Source of the DNA: an uncultured Bacillota bacterium
GTDB lineage: Bacteria > Bacillota_I > Bacilli_A > RFN20 > CAG-631
Reading direction: 5' to 3'
Length of the DNA stretch: 64,000 nucleotides
Assembly: GCA_905197115.1 (NCBI GenBank)
Contig: CAJJXN010000001.1
Location: 1,463-65,462 of the forward strand
This document shows positions 50,296-59,477 of this stretch, piece after piece. A program made the position numbers and the translations under genes. A model generated the notes under the pieces. The model saw only the letters and a program-made list of their open reading frames with translations. It was not told the origin of the DNA and searched no databases. Each line of letters opens with the position of its first letter. Position 1 is the first letter of the stretch.

Positions 50296-50342
50296 AAAAG
50301 TTCCTTTTAATAGGAACTTTTTGTATAAAAATCACTTGAATA

Positions 50343-50528
50343 TTATAAAACCAATGCTTTTTTTGGACAAAAGTTAGAACATTTTCCGCATCGAATACAT
50401 TTACTATAATCAATTTGTGGTGCTTCATGTTCTTTTTGTATTAAAGCACCAACAGGACAAACCTTTACAGCAGGGCATTTGTGATTTTGAGGGCAGTTTT
50501 CAATAATAATTTTTAATTTTTTTTCCAT
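50343..50528 (-). CDS. small 4Fe-4S ferredoxin-like protein
   Basis: CIRCGKCSNFCP full motif plus a partial second Cys cluster. 61 aa. Confidence 0.4.
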   Translation of the reverse strand: MEKKLKIIIENCPQNHKCPAVKVCPVGALIQKEHEAPQIDYSKCIRCGKCSNFCPKKALVL

Positions 50529-50659
50529 GAATGTTTACTCCTTTAAATAACTACTTTTTTATTATACCAAATATATTATTTTTAGTCATTATTTGAACAA
50601 TTTTAAGTTATTAATTTATGCTACGCTAAACAAAATATTATTATATTTTAATATGTTAA

Positions 50660-51106
50660 TCATTGAGTTTCTATATGTTTATTGTAAATTACAAAATGAT
50701 GAAAACCATTTTTTGTATCTATTAAAAATCTCCATTGCTCTTGTTCTTCAACGTAATGGTGATAGCCATTAGAAACGAAAATTTCTATTGTAATGCCATT
50801 ATCTAAAATCAAGGTTAAGTCATATGTATTGCTAAATAAAACTTTTACAACAATGCCATTTATTATTTCTTTTTTATATTTATTAAAGAAATACCATTCA
50901 TCATTATTAACATCCTCTTTTTCATCCCAACTTTGATAATCATATGTAGTAAACAGGATATCATTCTCTTTTTTTATTCTTGCAAAAGTTTGACAATGAA
51001 TGTTACATTTTCCAAAATCTAATTGTATCATTTGACAAGCTAAATTGATTTTTTCTAATTTCATACCAATTAAATTATTTAAATAATTTTGTAATGTTTT
51101 TTCCAT
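50660..51106 (-). CDS. hypothetical cytoplasmic protein (148 aa)
   Basis: ORF with good coding look; no recognisable domain. Confidence 0.3.
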   Translation of the reverse strand: MEKTLQNYLNNLIGMKLEKINLACQMIQLDFGKCNIHCQTFARIKKENDILFTTYDYQSWDEKEDVNNDEWYFFNKYKKEIINGIVVKVLFSNTYDLTLILDNGITIEIFVSNGYHHYVEEQEQWRFLIDTKNGFHHFVIYNKHIETQ

Positions 51107-51531
51107 AGCAAAAGTTCACTCCTATCTATCCTATTAAATTTATTAATTATATCAAAGCTTGTTTAATATCTTTATTGTTTCGATTTGATATTTTGCAATT
51201 TGGTCTTTCACTTTGTAAATCACCACCAAATATAATTTACTAAATGGTCTATTTTTTCTATATAGCGTTCAAGACAACAAATATTATAGTGAGCATAATC
51301 TTCAATAAAAAATTTATCTGTTTTATTTTATTTGGTTCATTTATACCTTTTATTGAATTCCTCCATTTGGTCTTTTATTTCAGTATAATTAATATGATAA
51401 TGAGTATAATTACAATAACGTTTTTTAAATTTTAAATGTTCATGAAGAACATAAACTTCATGCAAATCTATATAATAAGTAAACTTTTGTTTACCCAGAT
51501 ACCATACTATTTGGTTATCACTAAATTCAAA

Positions 51532-52092
51532 TTATCCTTTTAGACATTTTATATTTATGTAATTTTTTATATCTTCAATAATTACTTTATTGCTTATCCC
51601 AAATTGAACTTCTCTTATCTTATCGACTAATTCACTAATACTAATTGTTAATTCTTCTTTTGGTATATAATAATACGATTGCTTCAATTCTAAAAATATA
51701 TAATTTTTATATGTATAAAACTTAATATATCTTTTTTCTTTTATTTCCACATTATCTTTAAACAACTTGAATTGATCAATTTTGAATTTATGTTTTGTAT
51801 GTATACCTTTTAATTTTAATATTTTATCATCATGCTTATTAAATGAACTAGCAAATAAAACTAACAACATCAAAAAGAAGAATATACCCCAAACATACAA
51901 TAATTCATATAAAGGAATTATGAAAGCAATAATCGAAATTATTAAACATATTAAAGCTATAATCAGAAACATTCTTATTAAATTACGTTTATTAAATGCT
52001 GCTATAGCTCTAGCGTCGTTATACCCATAAAATTCAATCATATGTACACCATTCCTTTTTAATATTATATCATAAAAAGAAATGTTTTTCAT
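51532..52092 (-). CDS. hypothetical membrane protein (2 TM plus C-terminal domain; YcxB-like architecture)
   Basis: Two adjacent TM helices, then a soluble domain of about 100 aa. Confidence 0.3.
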   Translation of the reverse strand: MKNISFYDIILKRNGVHMIEFYGYNDARAIAAFNKRNLIRMFLIIALICLIISIIAFIIPLYELLYVWGIFFFLMLLVLFASSFNKHDDKILKLKGIHTKHKFKIDQFKLFKDNVEIKEKRYIKFYTYKNYIFLELKQSYYYIPKEELTISISELVDKIREVQFGISNKVIIEDIKNYINIKCLKG

Positions 52093-52191
52093 TTATGATG
52101 TATATCGTTATAAGGTTAATTACCCAGTTTTACCTTTTGACCTCTAAAGTAAAAAAGATTAGAAACATATAATTCAACTTCACTCTTAATA

Positions 52192-52692
52192 TTAATTGTG
52201 ATATTTGTCTATAATCTCTCTTTTTTCGATTTGTATATATTTTTCAATAATTTGAATATTATCTTCATTAAAAATAATTTGGATTCTTTTTTTATTTTTT
52301 TTATTAGAACAACCAGATTTAAATTTCGAAAGAATATTTAAATTATTGTCATATAAACAAATCCATTTTTCATCAATACTTGTTGTCCAACTAGAATATG
52401 TTGGTAATACTTCAATATATGCTTTTGCATTATTTAAATCTAATTGGGTAATTATACCAAATATTGATTTGACATATAAAATATTATTTTCAACATAAAA
52501 ATATTGTAAATATAATATTCCTCCCAATGTCATCATTAATGAGAAAAACACCATTATGCTACTGAATAATATTTTAATTACTATACCTTCATTCGTTTTG
52601 ATTACTAAAGGACCAATAGAAAATAACAGTGATACTATTGCTAAAACAAAAGAAATTATATAACTATATTTTGGATAACATCTTTTTTTCAT
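52192..52692 (-). CDS. hypothetical membrane protein (2 TM plus C-terminal domain)
   Basis: Same architecture as the 51532-52092 gene; possible paralog. Confidence 0.3.
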   Translation of the reverse strand: MKKRCYPKYSYIISFVLAIVSLLFSIGPLVIKTNEGIVIKILFSSIMVFFSLMMTLGGILYLQYFYVENNILYVKSIFGIITQLDLNNAKAYIEVLPTYSSWTTSIDEKWICLYDNNLNILSKFKSGCSNKKNKKRIQIIFNEDNIQIIEKYIQIEKREIIDKYHN

Positions 52693-53249
52693 ATTATAAC
52701 CACCCCGAATTTAAACTTGATAATATTGAAGAATATCATATATCTAGTAAGATTACTTGTTGTATTAATCAATAATTGATTTGTTCCCCACAATAAGCAT
52801 AAGTTCAATACATATTATATCATATGAATTATTTTTTTCTAAAGCAATTTGATAGGATAGACAAGTTTAAACCTCGTTAATACTAAAAACGAGCCTTGAA
52901 ATTAAAACCATTTCATTATATTTTAAATTAGACAAATTAGTTTAATATTTCACTTAAAAACAATAAAAAAGTTCTAAAAACACTATGTTTTAGAACGTAG
53001 AACTCTTTTGTTTTACCGAGGCTTTTCTTACAAAAAACATGGCAAAGATATACTATTGTAATACAAAGTGCGTATTTCTACTATTTTTATAGACTCTAAA
53101 AAACGCATACTCCTTTTGATTGTTGTTCATCCCCATTGTTGTACTATTAATAAAGTTGACACTAACAGACATAATGCGTACAGCATTTTCAAAATGACGG
53201 CCAAATTTTATCGAAGGAAGAAAAATTGAAATGAAAAAGTTTACTCAAA

Positions 53250-54632
53250 CTATCTCAAAACTGTTATAGAAGCTGTTTGAGGAGATAATTTGAGTTTATT
53301 AGAATATGGAAATCCATTAACAATCGATAGTATAATAGTGATAACACCACCATGTGTAACTAAAAGAATCTTTTTATTTTGATTGTTTTGAATTAGATTA
53401 AAAAATGCACTTTTAATTCGATAATAAAATTCATTAGGAGATTCACCATTTGGATAATGCTCATTCATATCTAATGAAGAAAAGTATAAATTTGAATACT
53501 TTTCTTTAAATGCCTCTTTTGTTAAATTTGCTAATAAACCATTGTTCATTTCTCGAAAATCATCATTAAAAATAATATCCATATTTAACATTTTATTTAA
53601 AATTAAAGATGTTTCTTCTGCTCGTTTTAGGCTACTAGAAATAAAAAAATCATAGGAAGAATCAATTACTTTACAAAGTTCATTTACATCTTGAACGCCT
53701 TTTTCAGTCAAATGATTATTAGACCAACCACCTGTTTTATTTTGTTCGTCTTCTCCATGTCTTACAAGATGAAGTTCTACGTTATAATTCTTTAAATTCA
53801 ATTTTTCTAAAAAAGTAAGTTTATGAAATATGTTTATTATTGCACTAAAACAATCATTTAATGAAATTCCTTTAGTAAATTCGTGTTTTAAACAATAATT
53901 ATTATATAAATCTTTTATTCTATCAAAGGTAAAAATATCGTTTAAAATATTTTCTATATATTTTTGATCATAAGTAGTTCCCCTTGCATGAAAGGTATTT
54001 ATAATAGATGCATTTAAAAGATCGTTATCTATTTTCATTTTGTTTAATAAATACATATCAAAAAAATTTTTAGCTCTTGAATTATTTACCCCTTTTGAAA
54101 TTAACGTTTCAAATTTTTCAGCTATCATCGTTTTTACTGGATAAGCAAAGAGATTATAAGTTTCTGAACAAAATGGAGAGTGATAATTATAACTTATAGG
54201 ATATGGAGTAATAATATCATCAAAACCAATATCAATAGAAAAAATTTTCTTAACATTGTAAAACTGAGCTTGTATTTTAATTGATTTGCCACCATATTTT
54301 GATTTTTCAGCAATATCGTGCACACTAAGAAAAATGTATCTGATATTATCATAATTTTGATTGCATATATCTTTAAAAATGGATTTCAAATCATTTTCAT
54401 TCAATCTATTTCCAATATATTTTAAATCGATATCCATTGTACTTCGCATTTGAATTCCAACAATACTTTGCAAATAAAATCCTCCTTTTATTGCAAAATT
54501 TTGTGAATATTCACTTTTAGATAATCGATATAAAAAGCTCTCAAAGAAAAATACATCCCATGCCTTTTGAATGGAAATTTTGTTGCTTTTAGAATATATG
54601 GAAACTTTTGTTTTTATTTGACTTAGTTCCAT
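53250..54632 (-). CDS. AbiEii/AbiGii-family nucleotidyltransferase toxin fused to a C-terminal histidine-phosphatase (PGAM-like) domain
   Basis: N-terminal FFFESFLYRLSKSEY..FAIKGGFYL...RSTMDIDL (DUF1814 NTase motifs). C-terminal LVRHGEDE...SSSLKRAEET...LVTHGGVI (RHG and second-His motifs of histidine phosphatases). Confidence 0.65.
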   Translation of the reverse strand: MELSQIKTKVSIYSKSNKISIQKAWDVFFFESFLYRLSKSEYSQNFAIKGGFYLQSIVGIQMRSTMDIDLKYIGNRLNENDLKSIFKDICNQNYDNIRYIFLSVHDIAEKSKYGGKSIKIQAQFYNVKKIFSIDIGFDDIITPYPISYNYHSPFCSETYNLFAYPVKTMIAEKFETLISKGVNNSRAKNFFDMYLLNKMKIDNDLLNASIINTFHARGTTYDQKYIENILNDIFTFDRIKDLYNNYCLKHEFTKGISLNDCFSAIINIFHKLTFLEKLNLKNYNVELHLVRHGEDEQNKTGGWSNNHLTEKGVQDVNELCKVIDSSYDFFISSSLKRAEETSLILNKMLNMDIIFNDDFREMNNGLLANLTKEAFKEKYSNLYFSSLDMNEHYPNGESPNEFYYRIKSAFFNLIQNNQNKKILLVTHGGVITIILSIVNGFPYSNKLKLSPQTASITVLR

Positions 54633-55207
54633 CCAATCACCTCAAAAACATTTTTAATTTCATAATATATATCTAATTGTTTTGCATAATCATACAATTT
54701 TTTTAAATTCAAATAATTCCTTTTATATTCATTTATTGCATATACTTTATCTTCATAATCAAAATCTTCTCTTATAAACAAATCACAGATGCATCTTTCT
54801 TTATCATAGCATTTTACTTTATTTCCAAAAGGAGTCACAACCTCAGTTATACCTAAATAAAATGTAGATTTTCTCGATTGTTTAATAATAAAATTCTCAA
54901 TTTTTGGAAGACTTTTACCATATGCTATTGATGCTTCATATTGCTCATAATCTCTATTGGATAGATTATTTAAATATAATGCTGTATCTCCAGAATAAAC
55001 AAGATTACTGTAAAGAATAGAATTTATAAAAAATATATCTTCTACCGCATTATCAGTAATATAAATTCCACGATGAAGTTTTGTTAATTTTCCTTCTCTA
55101 ACTAGTCTTGTGATGTATATGGTGGGAATTCGATGCTCTTTTATTATATTAGAATACAGATACCCGTTATTCATATTTGCTATTTTAAGTATTGTTTCTT
55201 TATTCAT
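54623..55207 (-). CDS. AbiEi-family antitoxin/transcriptional regulator
   Basis: N-terminal AbiEi_4-like wHTH (ILKIANMNNGYLYSNIIKEHRIPTIYITRLVREGKLTKLHRGIY). 10-nt overlap with the downstream AbiEii gene. Confidence 0.6.
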   Translation of the reverse strand: MNKETILKIANMNNGYLYSNIIKEHRIPTIYITRLVREGKLTKLHRGIYITDNAVEDIFFINSILYSNLVYSGDTALYLNNLSNRDYEQYEASIAYGKSLPKIENFIIKQSRKSTFYLGITEVVTPFGNKVKCYDKERCICDLFIREDFDYEDKVYAINEYKRNYLNLKKLYDYAKQLDIYYEIKNVFEVIGWN

Positions 55208-55280
55208 TTTGTTGTTCCTTTCACACTAACATTATATCATTTTGTCAGCTTATTTACAACATTTTTGTGTTTTAAAAAAG

Positions 55281-55308
55281 TTTGATACAATGAACGTTGT
55301 ATCAAACC
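55281..55308. promoter_or_regulatory. perfect 11-bp inverted repeat GTTTGATACAA-N6-TTGTATCAAAC, candidate AbiEi operator
   Basis: Located about 75-100 bp upstream of the abiEi start on the minus strand. AbiEi proteins are known autorepressors that bind inverted repeats. Confidence 0.45.
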
Positions 55309-55361
55309 TATATGTTTTTAATGGCAAGAGTTATCTAAATTGATACAATTTCCGCACCCTT

Positions 55362-55440
55362 AATTGTCTGGCGTGTTTTCTCTCGCACCCTAGCCTTTTG
55401 CCGTGTTTCCTTTCGCACCCCTACTTATCAGTGAACAAAT
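55362..55440. repeat. about 2.5 tandem GC-rich direct repeats of about 30 bp (CGCACCC...GTGTTT(C/T)CT(C/T)T)
   Basis: ccgcacccttaattgtctggcgtgttttctct / cgcaccctagccttttgccgtgtttccttt / cgcacccctactt. Unusual GC content for this genome. Confidence 0.5.
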
Positions 55441-55453
55441 GTCATCGATAAAT

Positions 55454-56086
55454 TTATCGTACTTGTTTTTCCATTATGTAATTCGTCAAGGCAATTCCAT
55501 TTCGTATTACTAGTTGTTTTTTTACTATGTTAAAACCTCTTTGCATAAAGAAATGTTTAGCGGTTATAGACGAGTGCGTAATGACTTTACTTGTCTTGAC
55601 TTCTTTTTCTAATTCGTTACAGATTGCCGTTGCAATACCACGTCGTTGGTAGTCCTTATGAACATACAGCCTATCAAGATAACCCGTTTTATCTATGTCG
55701 CCAAAGCCAACTATGATATTATTTTCAACTGCAACAACCGTATAATGCTCTGATAAAGACTTATTCCATTCTGTCAAATCAATATTGCCTGTTGCCCACA
55801 CATTCAACTGTTCTTCGGAATAATCTTTGGCATTTACAGTATCGTTTGAACTCCAATTTTTACACACGAAACCCCACCCCGATGTCCACCTATAAATGGT
55901 GTAGAGATTTGACCTCCCCCTACCCTTTTTATAAAAATTATTCTCAATTTTTGCTAAAAAGTTGGTAATTTTTGAGAAAGCTTCGTATACGATTGTATCG
56001 TAATTCAAACGAGATAATAGGCTCATCGCTTGGCTCAAAAAGAAAGTAGACTTGAACCAACTGATGAAACTACAATCTTTATGCAA
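55454..56086 (-). CDS. GNAT-family N-acetyltransferase (5' end abutting or overlapped by the IS21 istB stop; likely true start at the ATG at 56026)
   Basis: C-terminal VVAVENNIIVGFGDID...LYVHKDYQRRGIATAICNELE acetyl-CoA binding motif. The ORF-track start is a TTG 8 nt inside the istB 3' end. Confidence 0.65.
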   Translation of the reverse strand: MHKDCSFISWFKSTFFLSQAMSLLSRLNYDTIVYEAFSKITNFLAKIENNFYKKGRGRSNLYTIYRWTSGWGFVCKNWSSNDTVNAKDYSEEQLNVWATGNIDLTEWNKSLSEHYTVVAVENNIIVGFGDIDKTGYLDRLYVHKDYQRRGIATAICNELEKEVKTSKVITHSSITAKHFFMQRGFNIVKKQLVIRNGIALTNYIMEKQVR

Positions 56087-58206
56087 GTGAAATTATTTGT
56101 GCATTTTGTATTAATCTTTTTTGTAATGTTTCCATCAGATGTGAATCAACCTTCATCTCTTTCCATGAGGATAATGGTCTATTCGTAACAATAATTATGC
56201 TTCGTGTTTCTTGTAAGAACATCATTATCTTATAGATTAAAATAAGTTCTTCTTCTGTAGGAGCAATATAGAATACATCATCGATAATGATTAAATCAGC
56301 ATTTAGAATATTATTCCAAACTTTTTTCTTTATTCTTGATTCAGCTAATAAATCATCAAGTGTTATGTATATCACTTTAGCACCTTTTTCTAATGCATTC
56401 ATACCAAGTGTTGATGCAAGTGATGTCTTACCAGTGGAGCAATCACCAACAATAAATATATTTTGTCTTTTTAAAGCAAAGTCAAATTCCTTTAGTTTAG
56501 ATAATTGCCATTTAAGACCATCTGTGATTCTAGTTTCATCAAATATCAATTGTTTTAGTCTTGAGGATTTCTTGATATCTTTTAGTTTATTGGCATTTCT
56601 AATATTCACTTCCTCAAGTAATATTTTATATAGATATTCTTTGTTGGATATCGTCTCATTATTTAAATCAATTGTTCCATTAGCAATATTCTGTAGATTA
56701 AGAATTTTAGCTAATTCTTGTATTTCTTTAGCATCTGCCATTTTCAATCATCTCCTTTCTAATTTCTTCAGCTCTTGCTTTGTAATGTCTAAAAGTATGT
56801 GTAGGAAGATATTTCTTAGCTGTTTTCTCACCCATTTCCATAAGTAACCATGAGCATAGTTCAAATGCAGTACAAATATCTTTAGTTACACAATATGTCA
56901 TTCCTTTAACCAAAATAGTTCTAGAATAGAATTTCTTTAAGCTTCCTATTTTTCTACATTGAACAAACACATATCTAGGTTTTTGTTCTCGTAATCTCTT
57001 CAAATACTTAGTAGCGAATTCACTATCTTTGTATTCAGTAAGTAACACTTCTTCAATTGTAGGTTCTTCTTTAGTTTCTATATCAAGTGGAATAATATTT
57101 CCAATTCCAGATACTAACCTATGCTTACAAAGTAGTTCGCTTGTACTTGCTAGATAAAAAATTAAGAAATCATCATGTCTTTCAATTCTGATTCTATCGC
57201 CTTCATTGATTTGTCCTGTAGGTAACTTATATAGATTATCTCTATATTCAACTGTATCATGATATACAGAATGAACAACAATTTCATCATTTTTCTTTTC
57301 GTAATACTTTTGAAGTTTTGGATATTCTTTTTTGAACAAATCACGAGGAGACTTCTTAGTTGTATCATTAATCATTCTGTTTCCATCATGATCAAGCCAA
57401 TCAATAAATTCTTGATTTAATCTATCTAAGCCATAATAAATTCTTCCATCAAGAAACTGATGTTTGACAAAATCAACTGTCTTTTCAACCTTACCTTTCG
57501 TAGATGGATCATAACCTTTACATAGATAAATAGAAAATCCAGTATCTTTGATGAATTCTTCAAATTCTTTAACGAAGATTACTTCTCCAAGATTCTCTGA
57601 AACAACCATCGTCTTATCTTGGCCATACATAATCATTTGTGTTGTACCACCAAAATAATGAAATGCAGCAATATGTGCATCAATTGTTGTTTTAGCATCA
57701 AATGGATCTACCGAAAAATATGCAAACTTCATTCTCGAATAAGATAAAGTCATACAAAAGAAATAAATTCTAACATTTCTTTTATAGGCTGTTTGCATCA
57801 CATATTGACCAAAATCAACTTGTGCTTCATACCCAGGCTCTGTCTGTTCTCTTAATATGAATTTTCTTGGTGGTTTAATTAAACCTGTTTGTTCCCTTAC
57901 TTTTTTAACATACCTAAAAAAAGTTGAAGTGGGTATTTCAAAATCTGGAAAGTCTTCTTTTATTCTATTTAATAAAACCGTATTGTTTATTTTAGGACAA
58001 ATCTTTAATATTTCAATAATATATTGCCTGTAATTATCTAAAATGAATTCATGTTCTTTTTGAAATGATTCAAAGAACTTTTCATCCTTATCCCACCAAT
58101 TACAAACTGTTTTATATGATAGATTCAATTTTTCTGATACTTTTAATTTTGAAAGACCTAGTTCTTTTAATTCTTGTAGTTTTTTAAATTGTTCAATTCC
58201 TAACAT
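56079..58206 (-). mobile_element. istAB: IS21-family insertion sequence coding region (istA transposase 56728-58206, istB helper ATPase 56079-56747); terminal inverted repeats not resolved by eye
   Basis: IstA: 492 aa, N-terminal HTH MLGIEQFKKLQELKELGLSKLKVSEKLNLSYKTVCNWW plus integrase-core DDE region. IstB: 222 aa, Walker A GDCSTGKTS, typical IstB. The two overlap by 20 nt as in IS21. Confidence 0.85.
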
Positions 58207-58424
58207 TTATTTTTACACCTCCTATTTGTTATTAGAATTGATTCTTCACACATTCATTAAGCATCACCTCCGTAAATAAAACTATTTTCTTCAATTAAAA
58301 CAAAAATAAAACTTCCATATGATATAAATTAATACTATTAACATTAAAAATCGTTACTGAGTATAGATTTTATATTATTGCACATAAATTATATCAAAAT
58401 ATGGAAGTTTTATCTATTTACACA

Positions 58425-59348
58425 CTATCTTAAAGAACGATTCATTTGATTAATACATTTTTTCTTTTGTTCAAGATTTGGATGAACATACAAATTTAAA
58501 GTTGTGCTTATATTAGAATGTCCTAATATAACACTTACAGTTTTATAATCACACTTTCCTTCAATACACCTAGTTGCAAAACTATGACGTAGTCCATGAA
58601 ACTTTAAATCTGGTATTTCCAATTTTTTCATTAATCTCTTATAATAATTACGATATGTTCTTGGCTCTGTAGGTTTTTCATCATTAGTTAAAACAAAATA
58701 TTCTTTGTTTACAACTTTCTTTAATGGTTTTAATATCCTTAATAAGTCTGTTGTCATAGGAATATCACGAATTGAATTTTTAGTTTTTGGCGTATCAATT
58801 ATTAATTCAGTTCTTTTAACTCCTTCATCAACTATGTAAATTCTTTGAATGGTTCTTCTGACATAAATAACTCCATTATCTACATCGATATCATCCCAAG
58901 TTAAAGCACACAATTCTCCAATTCTCAAACCAGTGCATAGGCACACATAAATACCTAAATTTTTAAATGTGAAATTTTTTTCAATGTAATCCATAATTTT
59001 TCTCTGGCTTGAACGGTTCAGCACGTCTAGCTCTTCGTTATCTCTTTGAGTTGGAAACTTTATATCAATCTCACAATAATCCAAATACTTATGTTTTACA
59101 CCAAACCTAAGTATCATTTTCAAAACAATTAATATATCCTTAATTGTTTTCTGGCTAAGTCCTTGTTCTAATTTTTTAAAAACAAAATCCTGAACATCAG
59201 CCTCCTTCACTTCTTCCTTATTACCAAAATATGGTAATAGATGATTTTCGACTAAAAGCACGTATGCAGAATATGTAGATTTTTTTACATATTGCTTTTT
59301 GTCTTTTTTCCATAAGTCAATAATTTGACTCAAAAATTTTTTGACCAT
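58425..59348 (-). CDS. tyrosine site-specific recombinase (phage-integrase family), candidate hsdS shufflon invertase
   Basis: C-terminal catalytic motifs HGLRHSFAT and LGHSNISTTLNLYVH (R..H..Y). Located directly beside the inverted hsdS cassettes. Confidence 0.85.
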   Translation of the reverse strand: MVKKFLSQIIDLWKKDKKQYVKKSTYSAYVLLVENHLLPYFGNKEEVKEADVQDFVFKKLEQGLSQKTIKDILIVLKMILRFGVKHKYLDYCEIDIKFPTQRDNEELDVLNRSSQRKIMDYIEKNFTFKNLGIYVCLCTGLRIGELCALTWDDIDVDNGVIYVRRTIQRIYIVDEGVKRTELIIDTPKTKNSIRDIPMTTDLLRILKPLKKVVNKEYFVLTNDEKPTEPRTYRNYYKRLMKKLEIPDLKFHGLRHSFATRCIEGKCDYKTVSVILGHSNISTTLNLYVHPNLEQKKKCINQMNRSLR

Positions 59349-59459
59349 GTTTATTTACCTCCTTTACATTAGTCATTTCTTATATACATAAATTTGCATA
59401 TAAATCAATTAGTTAAGCTATTATTTTTTGAATAATTTGAGTGATAGAATATCCTCAAT

Positions 59460-59477
59460 GTTCCCAATTTGAGATTT
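59460..59477. repeat. 18-bp recombination repeat gttcccaatttgagattt at hsdS 5' ends (copies: 59460-59477 direct, 61785-61802 direct, 61744-61761 inverted)
   Basis: Perfect copies read directly from the sequence; they encode VPNLRF on whichever strand they lie. Confidence 0.8.

Noticed and set aside
51244-51435. 63-aa plus-strand ORF between two minus-strand hypothetical genes
   Set aside because: Extremely Ile/Phe-rich low-complexity translation of an AT-rich spacer with no RBS. Judged non-coding.
55362-55440. Three tandem about 30-bp GC-rich repeats considered as a mini CRISPR array
   Set aside because: Only about 2.5 units, directly abutting with no spacers, imperfect unit length, and no cas genes anywhere in the window. 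Kept as an unexplained repeat instead.
56027-58424. Attempted to define the IS21 terminal inverted repeats and target-site duplication by eye
   Set aside because: No convincing long terminal IR match between the two flanks could be found manually. Only an internal imperfect IR was seen at 58297-58413. The boundaries are left unresolved rather than guessed.
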